Shown: piece by piece, positions 28,982-38,362 of the stretch
Layout of the letters: each line of letters begins with the position of its first letter
How positions within the stretch are numbered: the first letter of the stretch is position 1
Assembly: GCA_038214755.1 (NCBI GenBank)
Contig: JBBQRQ010000013.1
Coordinates: forward strand, 9,155-73,154
DNA length: 64,000 bases
Direction: 5' to 3'
Source of the DNA: Verrucomicrobiota bacterium
Lineage (GTDB): Bacteria > Verrucomicrobiota > Verrucomicrobiia > Limisphaerales > CANJXF01
The notes under the pieces: generated by a model
Database searches by the model: none
Seen by the model: the letters and a program-made list of their open reading frames with translations, nothing else
What the model was told of the DNA's origin: nothing
Translations under genes and position numbers: made by a program

Positions 28982-30790
28982 ATGCAGAAACAATTTCTCC
29001 CATTCGCTCTGGCGTTTTCCGCCCTCGCCAGCTTTGCCGCAGCCGGCGTGGAGCACAACGATTTGCGAGTGGGAATCGCGGGCCACGCTTTCGATCACCT
29101 CGGCGATATCGCTGAGCAAGCGCGCGCCGCAGTGATGAGTGGTTCGACGATTATTTACAGCACCGGCTTCGGCGCCTTGGGCTATCAAGGTTGGCCCACA
29201 CCCAGCGAGGCCGAGAAAACTCATGACGCGACCTCTGCTTATTTGAGTGAAGCGAAAAAAAACGGATTGCGCCTCGCCCTTGGATATGTCTGCGCCACTT
29301 CGATCGTGAAGCTGGAAAATTTTGCGCGCAATTGGCCGGAAAAATTTTGCGCGCAATTCTCCGCGCCTCCGCAAAAATGGCTGCAGCAGGACCGCGAAGG
29401 CAAAGTTCTGGCCTCCTGGTACGGCGGTGATTATCAACCGGCCTGCATGAACAATCCGGACTGGCGCACTTACGAAAAATTTATTGTCCGCCAACAACTC
29501 GAAGCGGGTCACGACGGAATTTTTTTCGATAACCCGACCGTTCACCCGCAGGGATGTTACTGCCAATATTGCATGACGGAGTTTGCCTTGTTCCTCGTAA
29601 AAAGCGGGGAGAAAATTGCCGCGCCGTCGCAGAATTCTCTAAAGTTTCTGCGTGATCTCGCCGCGAGTCGGCCGACAGATTTCATGCGGTTTCGCTGCAG
29701 GATTGCGGCGGATTTTCTCGCGGAGATCCGAAGTTATGCGAGGACGATCAAGCCCGGCGCACTGATCACCTGCAACAATAGTTTGAATTCACCCGAGGTG
29801 TTTTTTTCGCAATGTCGCACTTATGGCTACAACATTTTTGAAATGAGCCAAGCGGAGGATTTGGTCGTGGTCGAAGACATGTCACAACAACCGCGCGTTT
29901 TGGCCGACGGAAATCTTATCGAATACGGACCGGTCTATGAACTCCTGCAAGCGATCTCGCACGGCAAGCCGCTGGTCGCGGTGACAATTGCCGACGGCGA
30001 TTATCACACGCCGCCAAACTTGATGCGGCTCGCGATCGCCGAAGCCGCTGCGCACAACGCTTCGTATCTTTCTTGGCCAACGTGGCCGGCAAACCAGCGG
30101 ACGCGAATGATTTCTGCCGTTCGACCGCAGGCAGATTTGCTCCGCCGAAATGCGACTCTGCTGAATGACACGGAGCAACGCTCCGACGCGCTTTTGTTTC
30201 TGCCGTTCCGTCGTTATTTGGAAACCGCCGATTGCCAGCCGTTGAAAATCGCCCGCGCTCTCAGTCGCGCCAATGTGCAATTTGAAGTTTTCTGCGAGGA
30301 AGATTTTTCCGAGAAATTGAAAGTGAAATCACCATCTGTCCTGCTGATAGAATCTCCTGCCGTTTTGCTCGCGCCTGAAATCAAGCTGCTTGAAACTTTT
30401 CAGCGTCGTGGAGGCGAAATCGTTTGGACGGAAAAAGAGAATTGGTTGGCGGAGTTGCAAAAGATGGTCGAAAAACCCTCCGTCGAAGTGCGAGGCTGGG
30501 CGACCATTCGCGCCACCGTGCGAGACCAGCCGAAAAAACGAATGGTGCATTTGCTCAACCTGAACGTCCAACGCGTCTCGTCATTTGAAGACAAAGTGAC
30601 TCCCGCATCTGACGTTCAATTGAAAGTGCGCGTCCCATTTTTTTCCGTTCATTCGGTGAAAGCTCTCACCGCCGATTCGGCGGCGACGCAGGGTCTGATT
30701 CCGTTCAAACTTCAACGGGATAAAACGGGCGCTTCTTTGGAAATCAAAATTCCGCGTTTGGTGGTTTCCACCATTTTGGTGGTTGAATGA
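28982..30790 (+). CDS. Exported putative glycoside hydrolase-like protein (GH42-like barrel plus trimerisation-like domain)
   Basis: Signal peptide; ACMNNPDWR, HDGIFFDN, GCYCQYC, C-terminal VHLLN; family assignment tentative. Confidence 0.55.
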   Translation: MQKQFLPFALAFSALASFAAAGVEHNDLRVGIAGHAFDHLGDIAEQARAAVMSGSTIIYSTGFGALGYQGWPTPSEAEKTHDATSAYLSEAKKNGLRLALGYVCATSIVKLENFARNWPEKFCAQFSAPPQKWLQQDREGKVLASWYGGDYQPACMNNPDWRTYEKFIVRQQLEAGHDGIFFDNPTVHPQGCYCQYCMTEFALFLVKSGEKIAAPSQNSLKFLRDLAASRPTDFMRFRCRIAADFLAEIRSYARTIKPGALITCNNSLNSPEVFFSQCRTYGYNIFEMSQAEDLVVVEDMSQQPRVLADGNLIEYGPVYELLQAISHGKPLVAVTIADGDYHTPPNLMRLAIAEAAAHNASYLSWPTWPANQRTRMISAVRPQADLLRRNATLLNDTEQRSDALLFLPFRRYLETADCQPLKIARALSRANVQFEVFCEEDFSEKLKVKSPSVLLIESPAVLLAPEIKLLETFQRRGGEIVWTEKENWLAELQKMVEKPSVEVRGWATIRATVRDQPKKRMVHLLNLNVQRVSSFEDKVTPASDVQLKVRVPFFSVHSVKALTADSAATQGLIPFKLQRDKTGASLEIKIPRLVVSTILVVE

Positions 30791-30864
30791 TCGTAGCCGC
30801 CGACGTGAGGAGACGGATTTCGGCTGATAGTCTCAAATCCGCCTCCTCACGTCGGCGGCTACGA
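30791..30864. mobile_element. REP doublet (GTAGCCGCCGACGTGAGGAGGCGG family)
   Basis: TCGTAGCCGCCGACGTGAGGAGACGGATTT ... AAATCCGCCTCCTCACGTCGGCGGCTACGA; related copies at 39127 and 47664. Confidence 0.88.
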
Positions 30865-30938
30865 AGTTTCATCCCTGAACTGACGTTGAGTTCCGCTTCC
30901 CCGCTTGTTTCGGCGAAGTGCTCCGCTAAATTCTTTCC

Positions 30939-32114
30939 GTGATCTACGACGCATCACTCGACGAGTTGCTCCAAAAAGTTTGGGATGGAAACCGGATTGA
31001 TTCCACCGAAGCGTTGCGTCTTTACCATTTGCCGTTGGAAGAACTCGGAGCGCTGGCGGACCAGCGCCGCCGGATCGCAAAAAAAACCGCTTACGAAAAT
31101 CGCGGCAACGAAATCGTCACTTATATCGTTGACCGGAACATCAATTACACGAACGTTTGCAACGTCTATTGCAAATTCTGCGCGTTCTATCGCACGGAAA
31201 AAGACGACGACGCTTACGTCATCACCCACGACGAAATCGATAAAAAAATCGAGGAAACCATCGCGCTCGGCGGCACGCAGATTTTGATGCAAGGCGGGCA
31301 TCATCCAAAACTTTCGCTGCAGTGGTATGTCGATTTGCTGTCGCACATCAAAACGAAATTTCCGCAAATCAATATTCACGGATTCAGCCCAAGTGAGTTC
31401 GTGCATTTTCAGGAGGTGTTTCAGAAACCGGTTGAAGAAATTATTCGTGAGTTTATGAAAGCCGGGCTTGGCTCCATTCCCGGCGGTGGCGGGGAAATTC
31501 TGGTGGATCGCGTGCGCAAAAAAATTTCGCCCTTGAAAGCGATGAGTGACGAATGGTTGAACGTGATGGATGTCGCGCACCGCCTCGGTTTGGCTTCAAC
31601 GGCGACGATGATGTTTGGCCACGTCGAGAGCATCGAAGATCGCATCGAACATCTGGAGCGAGTGCGCGCGCAGCAGGACAAAAGTAGGGCAGGCGTCTCG
31701 CCTGCCCATCCGGTCGCGCGAGCGACGTCAGTCGAGACGACCGTGCGGGCAGGCGAGACGCCCGCCCTACCTTGTTTCACCGCCTTCATCGCATGGACAT
31801 TTCAATCGGAGAATACAAAGTTGAAAGCGCCCACGGTTGGCGCGCACGAATATTTGCGAATGCAGGCGCTCTCGCGAATTTACCTCGACAACATTTCCAA
31901 CATTCAAAGCTCGTGGGTGACGCAAGGCCAGGAGATCGGCCAGGTTGCATTGAAATTCGGCGCGAATGATTTGGGCAGCATCATGATTGAAGAGAATGTG
32001 GTCTCGCAGGCCGGAACGACTTTCCGCATGGGCGTGGCCGACATGCAACGGCTCATTTCAGAACTCGGCTACGAACCGCGCCAACGGGACAACTGGTATC
32101 GGCTGGTAAACTAA
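30939..32114 (+). CDS. mqnC: Cyclic dehypoxanthinyl futalosine synthase (radical SAM) with in-frame REP insertion
   Basis: VTYIVDRNINYTNVCNVYCKFCAF, QILMQGGHHP, IPGGGGEIL, TATMMFGH, QSSWVTQG, GANDLGSIMIEENVV. Confidence 0.93.
   Translation: MIYDASLDELLQKVWDGNRIDSTEALRLYHLPLEELGALADQRRRIAKKTAYENRGNEIVTYIVDRNINYTNVCNVYCKFCAFYRTEKDDDAYVITHDEIDKKIEETIALGGTQILMQGGHHPKLSLQWYVDLLSHIKTKFPQINIHGFSPSEFVHFQEVFQKPVEEIIREFMKAGLGSIPGGGGEILVDRVRKKISPLKAMSDEWLNVMDVAHRLGLASTATMMFGHVESIEDRIEHLERVRAQQDKSRAGVSPAHPVARATSVETTVRAGETPALPCFTAFIAWTFQSENTKLKAPTVGAHEYLRMQALSRIYLDNISNIQSSWVTQGQEIGQVALKFGANDLGSIMIEENVVSQAGTTFRMGVADMQRLISELGYEPRQRDNWYRLVN
31684..31770. mobile_element. GTAG-type REP doublet in frame in mqnC
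   Basis: GTAGGGCAGGCGTCTCGCCTGCCC ... GGGCAGGCGAGACGCCCGCCCTAC; 87 bp = 29 codons. Confidence 0.9.
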
Positions 32115-32143
32115 AAGGTGTGATTCAAACTGGCGGTCGGAAC

Positions 32144-32245
32144 AAGAGCGCCAGAGGACTGGCGCAGTCCAAGACGCTGCGCGCCATTCATGCGCCCTCG
32201 AAATTCGCGCGAGCGTCTTGGAGTGCGGCGGCCCTCCGCCGCTTT
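32144..32245. mobile_element. REP doublet (GGAGTGCG family, head-to-head)
   Basis: AGAGCGCCAGAGGACTGGCGCAGTCCAAGACGCT ... AGCGTCTTGGAGTGCGGCGGCCCTCCGCCGCTTT. Confidence 0.8.
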
Positions 32246-32334
32246 CACAGCACCGGTAATGACCGCCACTGGGAATCACACGCTAAACTAAAAGCCGCGT
32301 TGCGCTTTCGCCAAAAAAACCTAGAATCATTTCC

Positions 32335-32607
32335 ATGACACCGGATGAATTTTATTTGGATGTGCAAATCGAATCGCTGGAAGAAGGCGGCTATCTCGCC
32401 ACCAGCAAAGATTTGCCGGGACTGATCGCGCAAGGCCGAACGAGGGCCGAGGCAATGGAAATTGCGCAGGATGTCGCTCGAAAATTAGTCGAATCTTGCT
32501 TGGAACACGGCGATCCCTTGCCCGCTAAAATTCGTGCGGCCCTTCGTCGATCCGTCAGGAAAGCTACCGTCAAAATTCCGATCGGCCTTTCTGCTCAAAT
32601 TGCATGA
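32335..32607 (+). CDS. hicB: HicB-family antitoxin
   Basis: IESLEEGGYLATSKDLPGLIAQGRT..EA. Confidence 0.9.
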   Translation: MTPDEFYLDVQIESLEEGGYLATSKDLPGLIAQGRTRAEAMEIAQDVARKLVESCLEHGDPLPAKIRAALRRSVRKATVKIPIGLSAQIA

Positions 32608-32824
32608 GCCGTTTGCCGGGTTTGAATACCGCGAAGTCGTGGAACGTTTGCGCGCTCACGGATTTATTTTTGATCGGCCAGCAAAAGGCAGTCACGAAAT
32701 CTGGTATAATCCTCAAACCAAACGCAGAACCACACTTCCTCATCATCCGGGAACTTTGCCACGCGGCACACTGCGGGCGATTATCAGCCAATGCGGATTG
32801 TCCGTTGAAGAATTTTTGAAATGA
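32604..32824 (+). pseudogene. hicA: HicA-family toxin split by a -1 frameshift (pseudogene, sequence error or recoded gene)
   Basis: ATG at 32604 overlaps the hicB stop (ATGA), but the HicA body GFEYREVVERLRAHGF..KGSHEIW..PHH.GTL..GTLRAII is in the -1 frame. Confidence 0.8.
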
Positions 32825-32881
32825 TCCGAAATATGAATGCTGCTGACTGACCTCGCTTTCGGTTTAGATTTTTATCACATC

Positions 32882-33616
32882 GTGAATTCCGCGCCGCACC
32901 TGAGCATCGTCCTTCCCTGCTTCAACGAAGAAGGAAACTTGCGCGCGCTGGTCAGCTCCATTCGCGATTCGCTCGATCCACTCAAAATCGATTATGAAAT
33001 CGTCATCACCGACGATTGCAGCGGCGATAATTCCTGGGCATTGCTCAAAGAACTCGCGGCGGCGGACAAACGAATTCGCCTTCAGCGTTTTGAAAAAAAC
33101 TCCGGGCAATCCGCCGCGCTCTGGGCCGGAATGAAAGCGGCGCGTGGGAAAATTTTCGCGACACTCGACGCGGATATGCAAAACGATCCGCGTGAGTTGC
33201 CGAAATTTTTAGATGCATTGAAAGACTTTGATTGCGTGTGCGGCTCGCGGGTGGAGAGTCGCGCCAAAGGCGACAACAAAATCCGCGTGATGTCTTCGAG
33301 GATCGCTAATCGGGTGAGAAACCAGTTGAGCGGTGAAACGATTTCCGATTCCGGCTGTTGTTTCCGCGCCTTTAAACGCGAGTGCATCGCCGATCTGAAA
33401 TTCTTCAAGGGCATGCATCGCTTCATGCCGACGCTGATCAAAATGGAAGGATTCAGCGTCACGGAAATTCCGGTTTCCACAAACCCACGCTTTGCCGGAA
33501 AGACGAACTACGGCGTTTGGAACCGGCTATTCTCCTCTTTCCATGATTTGCTGGCCGTGCGTTGGATGAAAAAAAGAATGCACCGATTCACCATTGCCGA
33601 ACGCATCAACGACTAG
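32882..33616 (+). CDS. GT2 polyprenol-phosphate glycosyltransferase (ArnC/DPM1-like)
   Basis: LSIVLPCFNEEGNL, ITDDCSGD, NSGQSAAL, TLDADMQNDP, DSGC, GMHRFMP; start could be 32837. Confidence 0.9.
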   Translation: MNSAPHLSIVLPCFNEEGNLRALVSSIRDSLDPLKIDYEIVITDDCSGDNSWALLKELAAADKRIRLQRFEKNSGQSAALWAGMKAARGKIFATLDADMQNDPRELPKFLDALKDFDCVCGSRVESRAKGDNKIRVMSSRIANRVRNQLSGETISDSGCCFRAFKRECIADLKFFKGMHRFMPTLIKMEGFSVTEIPVSTNPRFAGKTNYGVWNRLFSSFHDLLAVRWMKKRMHRFTIAERIND

Positions 33617-33622
33617 GCGCTT

Positions 33623-35092
33623 ATGCCGAACGCCGCCCTGACCGAATCTTCCCAGAAGAAATTCTTTTTAATTCTCTGCGTCTATTTTGGCCTGCATGTC
33701 GCGATTCGCACGTTGATTTCTGGAACCGCCGATCTCGATGAATCTGAGCAATTGGTCCTCACGCAAAAATTCGCGTGCGGCTACGGCTGGCAACCGCCGC
33801 TCTACACTTGGCTGCAAATATTTTTTTTCAAAACGTTTGGCGTTTCTATTTTCTCTCTGGCCCTGCTGAAAAATCTCTTGCTGCTCTCGATTTATCTTTT
33901 CACCTATTTCAACGTCCGCTTCGTCACGCGAAGCTCCCTTTGTGGAATCCTCGGCGCGACTTCGCTTCTCTTCATTCCGCAAGTCGCCTGGGAATCGCAG
34001 CGCGACCTGACTCATTCGGTCCTGGCTTCCGCCATTGTGACGGCGACGCTTTTTGTTTTCCTGCGATTGCGGAAGAATGCGTGGGGCGGTTACGTCGCTT
34101 TGGGAACCTGCATGGGTTTGGGCCTGCTTTCCAAATACAACTACGCCGCATTTTTCTCAGGGCTGGCTCTGGCAGCGGTGACGCTGAGCGAATTTCGCCC
34201 GCGTATTTTGAATAAAAAAATTCTTCTGTCGTTGGCGATCTGCTTTGTAATTCTGCTGCCGCATTTGCATTGGGCTTTTTTTAATCGCGCCGCGCTCGCC
34301 TCCACCGCTTATCAATTCCATCGGCACTCTGCTGGGGAATTGTTTTCAGACGCGACGCTCGGTGTGGGCCGCTTGTTAGCGGCAGTTCTATTTCACGTTG
34401 GGCCATTCGCCGCCATTTTTCTCGGGCTGTTTTTTCGGCGAATTGTTTCCGCCGGCTCGTTCGATAAAAATATTTTCGCTCAACTTTTTGCGCGCCAATA
34501 TCTTTTCATCGTCGCTGGCTTGCTGGGTGCGATTTTGGTTTTGCGCGCGACGGGATTCAAAGACCGCTGGTTTGAACCGATTTTTATTTCGCTGCCGCTG
34601 CTCGTCTTTTCGTTGGCAGGAGATTGGATTCAACCACGCCAAAAAAATTTCCTGCTCCTTTTCGGAGGCGTTGTTGCGCTAGCCGTCCTCACCATTATTC
34701 CTGGCCGGATTTTGTTTGCGGAAAAGCTCAGCCGCGTTCCGCTGCCCAACGCCCCGTTTCAGAAAATGGGCAACGAGTTGGCGAAACAAATTCCTCGCGA
34801 CGCGCTGCTCATCGCCGAGAACAAATGGATTGGCGGAAATCTTCGCCTGCTTTTTCCAGAGCGAAATGTCGTCACGGCAGACCTGGCAAAATTGTTTTCA
34901 GCGACGAACCGAACCTGCGTGGTGATCTGGGACGCAACTCGGCGGCAGACTCCTTCCTTGAAGCTCGATCAATTTGTTGGAGAGTTTTCAGAAAAAAATC
35001 CAAGCGAGGCCGAGATCCATTTCGCCGAGGCCGTTTATCAATATCACAACGCAAAAAAATTCCGCCTCGGAATTTCAACGCCGAATCCTTGA
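33623..35092 (+). CDS. GT-C membrane glycosyltransferase (ArnT/PMT-like)
   Basis: Multi-TM protein; DLDESEQ, GYG.QPPLYTWLQ, WESQRDLTHS, GLLSKYNY. Confidence 0.85.
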   Translation: MPNAALTESSQKKFFLILCVYFGLHVAIRTLISGTADLDESEQLVLTQKFACGYGWQPPLYTWLQIFFFKTFGVSIFSLALLKNLLLLSIYLFTYFNVRFVTRSSLCGILGATSLLFIPQVAWESQRDLTHSVLASAIVTATLFVFLRLRKNAWGGYVALGTCMGLGLLSKYNYAAFFSGLALAAVTLSEFRPRILNKKILLSLAICFVILLPHLHWAFFNRAALASTAYQFHRHSAGELFSDATLGVGRLLAAVLFHVGPFAAIFLGLFFRRIVSAGSFDKNIFAQLFARQYLFIVAGLLGAILVLRATGFKDRWFEPIFISLPLLVFSLAGDWIQPRQKNFLLLFGGVVALAVLTIIPGRILFAEKLSRVPLPNAPFQKMGNELAKQIPRDALLIAENKWIGGNLRLLFPERNVVTADLAKLFSATNRTCVVIWDATRRQTPSLKLDQFVGEFSEKNPSEAEIHFAEAVYQYHNAKKFRLGISTPNP

Positions 35093-35130
35093 AGAATTAG
35101 TCGCTCGGGAGAACGCCACCTGGCTTCTCC

Positions 35131-35298
35131 GGGCCGCATCTCAGAGGCGTGGTGACCAAATGGAAAGGAGCGCGGACGTTCTTCGTCCGCGTGTTTCCAA
35201 AACGGACAAAACCACCGGGCTCTCGTCCCTCACGATTCACGCGGACGAGAACGTCCGCGCTCCTACTGGTTTGGGCAACACGCCCGTGAGATGCGCCC
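35131..35298. mobile_element. Nested MITE-like element containing a RAYT-cognate REP doublet
   Basis: Outer IR GGGCCGCATCTCA/TGAGATGCGCCC; middle IR GGCGTGGTGACCAAA/TTTGGGCAACACGCC; inner REPs AGGAGCGCGGACGTTCTTCGTCCGC/GCGGACGAGAACGTCCGCGCTCCT. Confidence 0.85.
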
Positions 35299-35419
35299 GC
35301 TTCTACGCCAGGCCTAATTCTTTCTTGCAGCGCAACCCAAAATGTTCAGAGTCGGTTTATGAAAACTGAGTCGGAACAATGGCGGGGACGTTTCGGTGAT
35401 GGGCAATGGCCAGTTTTTT

Positions 35420-36112
35420 TCAGCCGCCTGTTTCCAGGATGCTGGCGAAAACAACCTCTTTGATCTTCCAGATCAGCGCCATCGTCATCGCGATCGGCAT
35501 GAGAATAAGAAAAATAACCAGCCAAATTCCCTGCGGCTTTACTCGGTTGAGAATTGACGTCGCGAAATCCGGCAACGCGGGAAGGAATCCAAGGGAAAAA
35601 TAAATCAATAACAAGACCGGAATCACGAGCAGTACCCGTCGATTGAACGTCGTAAAAAGCCCCGTTTCCAAGCGCAACGTTTCGTCCGGCAACATCGCGG
35701 CCAGCCGATCCAACACGCGATTCAAGATCAATAGAAAAACGAGGCTCGATGCGGCCAGCAGCAGGACGGCGACGTTGTAAAGCTGGACGAATGGGAGTCG
35801 ATGCCAAAAAAAAAGAAAGGGAGAAAGGCCGAGGTTGACGAAGCCAAAAAGCCTGGCGCGTTCCAATGTGTCTCGCCAAATGCGCTCTTGTTTTTGGAAG
35901 TGTCCAAGGAGCCAAAGTCCGTAAAGGAGCAGGGCGCTGACGAGGAACGGCGGAACAACCGCGAAGAAACCAAGAGCGTTAAAAAAATCGGTGCTCGCGG
36001 TTTCGACATAAATCAGGAGCGTCAGCGGCAATCCCCAAAATAAGGCGGACAGGCCGCGCACCAATTTACCCATACGGCGAAGCAGTTCTGCTTTGGGCGC
36101 AAGTTCAGACAT
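35420..36112 (-). CDS. Hypothetical multi-pass membrane protein
   Basis: 230 aa, about six hydrophobic segments, co-oriented downstream of speA. Confidence 0.75.
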   Translation of the reverse strand: MSELAPKAELLRRMGKLVRGLSALFWGLPLTLLIYVETASTDFFNALGFFAVVPPFLVSALLLYGLWLLGHFQKQERIWRDTLERARLFGFVNLGLSPFLFFWHRLPFVQLYNVAVLLLAASSLVFLLILNRVLDRLAAMLPDETLRLETGLFTTFNRRVLLVIPVLLLIYFSLGFLPALPDFATSILNRVKPQGIWLVIFLILMPIAMTMALIWKIKEVVFASILETGG

Positions 36113-36208
36113 GGAAATAAGGAGGAGAAGTTGGAAATTGGAAAATGGAAGGTCGCGCAGAATTTTTTTCCGCTATTCTCCAACTTTCATCCTCTATCCT
36201 CGCGTTCA

Positions 36209-38146
36209 TCAAATCGCGAGATAGGTGTATTCCTTCAACCCGCGTTCGTAGTCATCGAGCAACCGCATTCCTTCGGACGGTTTGAGCCGGTCGGATTTTA
36301 TCGCTTCATCAATTTGAACTTTCATCAGGCGTTTCAATTCGTTGTCGTCGTATTGCACCGCCGTTAGCGCCTGCAAAATAGTTGTGCCCTCAATAATTTC
36401 TTCCACGTAATAACCAGCGGGCTCATCGGGATCGAGGAAGACGTGGACTTCATTCACGCGACCAAAAAGGTTGTGCAAATCCCCCATGATGTCCTGATAC
36501 GCGCCCATCAAAAAAAAGCCGAGATAGTACGGCTCCTGGCCATTGCCGTTGGATTTTAATTTGTGCAAAGGCAACGTGTCGCGCACGTCGCGCAGGTCGA
36601 TGAACTTGTTTATTTGCCCATCGGAATCGCAGGTGATGTCAACCAGCGTTGCTTCGCGCGTCGGCTTTTCGCTGTGACGATTGACCGGCATGATGGGAAA
36701 AAGTTGTCCGAGCGCCCAGTGATCGAGCAGGGATTGGAACACGGAGAAATTGCAAAGATATTGATCCGCGAGGCTGTCTTCGAGTTTGCGAATCTCCTCC
36801 GGAATGTAGGCTTGCCCCGCGAAACTTTTCACGACTTCGAGACTGATTTCCCAATAGAGCGTTTCGATCTTTGCTTTGTCGGGAAGCTCCATCAGGCCGA
36901 GCGTGAACATATTGTGCGCGTCTTCTTTTCGTTCGAGCGCGTCGTGAAAGGCTTCGAGCTTGTTGAGCTTGCAAATATTTTTCCGAATATCGAGAAGCTC
37001 CTTGACGAGCGCGTGATCGTTCTCGCCGTATTGTAAATTCCCGTTGTCGCGAATTTTTTCAATCGCGCCAAAAACTTCCACGATCAACACGCTGTGATGC
37101 GCGACGATGGCGCGACCGCTTTCGCTGACGATGTCGGGATGCGGAACTTTCTCAGCGTTACAAACGTCGGCGATGTAATAAACGATGTCGTTGGTGTATT
37201 CCTGCAATGAATAATTGGTCGAACTGTCGAAGGCGGAACGGCTGCCGTCGTAATCCACGCCGAGACCGCCGCCGACGTCGATGTATTCAATCGCAAAACC
37301 CATCTTGAAAAGTTTTGCGTAAAAACGCGACGCCTCTTGCACCGCTTTTTTCACGATCAAAATATCTGGAACCTGCGACCCGATGTGGAAATGAAGCAGC
37401 TTGAAACAGTGCGAAAGATTCTCCGCCTTCAACAAATCAGTCGCGGCGAGCAACTCAGCGGTGCTCAAACCGAACTTCGCATTTTCGCCGCCGCTCTCCG
37501 CCCATTTGCCCGCGCCTTTGCTGAGCAGCCGCGCGCGAATCCCGATCAACGGCTCGACGCCCACTTGTTTTGAGACGGTGATGATTTGTTTTAGCTCCTC
37601 CAATTTCTCGACGACCAGGATGACTTTGCGGCCGAGTTTCGTTCCCATCAGCGCCATCTTGATGAACGCGCAATCTTTGTAGCCGTTGCAAATAATCATT
37701 CCGTTCGGCTGATTTTGCATGGCGAGTCCGGCGAACAATTCCGGCTTGCTCCCGACTTCGAGACCAAAATTGTAGGGCTTGCCCGCGTCCAAAATTTCTT
37801 CAACCACTTCGCGCAGTTGATTGACTTTGATTGGAAAAACGCCGCGATATTTTCCCTGATAATTGAATTCGGCAATGGAATTGCGAAAGGCCAAATTGAT
37901 CGACTCAACGCGGTGGCGGAGAATATCCTGGAAACGAATCAGCACCGGAAATTTTAAGCCGCGCCCCTTGGCTTCCTCAATCACGTCGGTAATGTCCACC
38001 GCTGCGCCGGCCTCCTGCAACGGTTTGGCCACCACCCGCCCGGCTTCGTTGATGTCAAAATATTTCGCGCCCCAGCGGTTGATGTTGTAGAGATTTCGCG
38101 CAGCCTCGATGTCCCAGGGCGGCGTGGAAGCGGGGGAATCACTCAT
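36209..38146 (-). CDS. speA: Biosynthetic arginine decarboxylase
   Basis: YNI..WG..YF.IN..G, VFPIKVNQ, GLEVGSKPEL, CNGYKD, SGG..AKFGL, LHFHIGSQ, DITCDSDG, GAYQDIMGDLHNLFG. Confidence 0.97.
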   Translation of the reverse strand: MSDSPASTPPWDIEAARNLYNINRWGAKYFDINEAGRVVAKPLQEAGAAVDITDVIEEAKGRGLKFPVLIRFQDILRHRVESINLAFRNSIAEFNYQGKYRGVFPIKVNQLREVVEEILDAGKPYNFGLEVGSKPELFAGLAMQNQPNGMIICNGYKDCAFIKMALMGTKLGRKVILVVEKLEELKQIITVSKQVGVEPLIGIRARLLSKGAGKWAESGGENAKFGLSTAELLAATDLLKAENLSHCFKLLHFHIGSQVPDILIVKKAVQEASRFYAKLFKMGFAIEYIDVGGGLGVDYDGSRSAFDSSTNYSLQEYTNDIVYYIADVCNAEKVPHPDIVSESGRAIVAHHSVLIVEVFGAIEKIRDNGNLQYGENDHALVKELLDIRKNICKLNKLEAFHDALERKEDAHNMFTLGLMELPDKAKIETLYWEISLEVVKSFAGQAYIPEEIRKLEDSLADQYLCNFSVFQSLLDHWALGQLFPIMPVNRHSEKPTREATLVDITCDSDGQINKFIDLRDVRDTLPLHKLKSNGNGQEPYYLGFFLMGAYQDIMGDLHNLFGRVNEVHVFLDPDEPAGYYVEEIIEGTTILQALTAVQYDDNELKRLMKVQIDEAIKSDRLKPSEGMRLLDDYERGLKEYTYLAI

Positions 38147-38261
38147 GGAAAAATTTCAAATCGCCGCACTATACGGACGGCCCATGAGAATTCAATAGGT
38201 GGGATGAAAAAAGTTTTCCCCTCGGAGATTTCGCCAGCCCAATGTTACAAAGAAAGGAAGG

Positions 38262-38293
38262 CAACCTTTTGTTGCATATGCAACAAAAGGTTG
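38262..38293. promoter_or_regulatory. Perfect 32-bp palindrome between divergent speA and the Nif3-like gene
   Basis: CAACCTTTTGTTGCAT|ATGCAACAAAAGGTTG. Confidence 0.6.
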
Positions 38294-38362
38294 TTGCAAG
38301 CGAAATCGTCGTGCAGGGAATTGCTCTCGAACTCCATTTGAAATTCAAAGTAGCTTTCGGGC

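Noticed and set aside
32604..32819. 71-aa zero-frame ORF as an independent gene
   Set aside because: No recognisable family; the HicA motifs are in the -1 frame.
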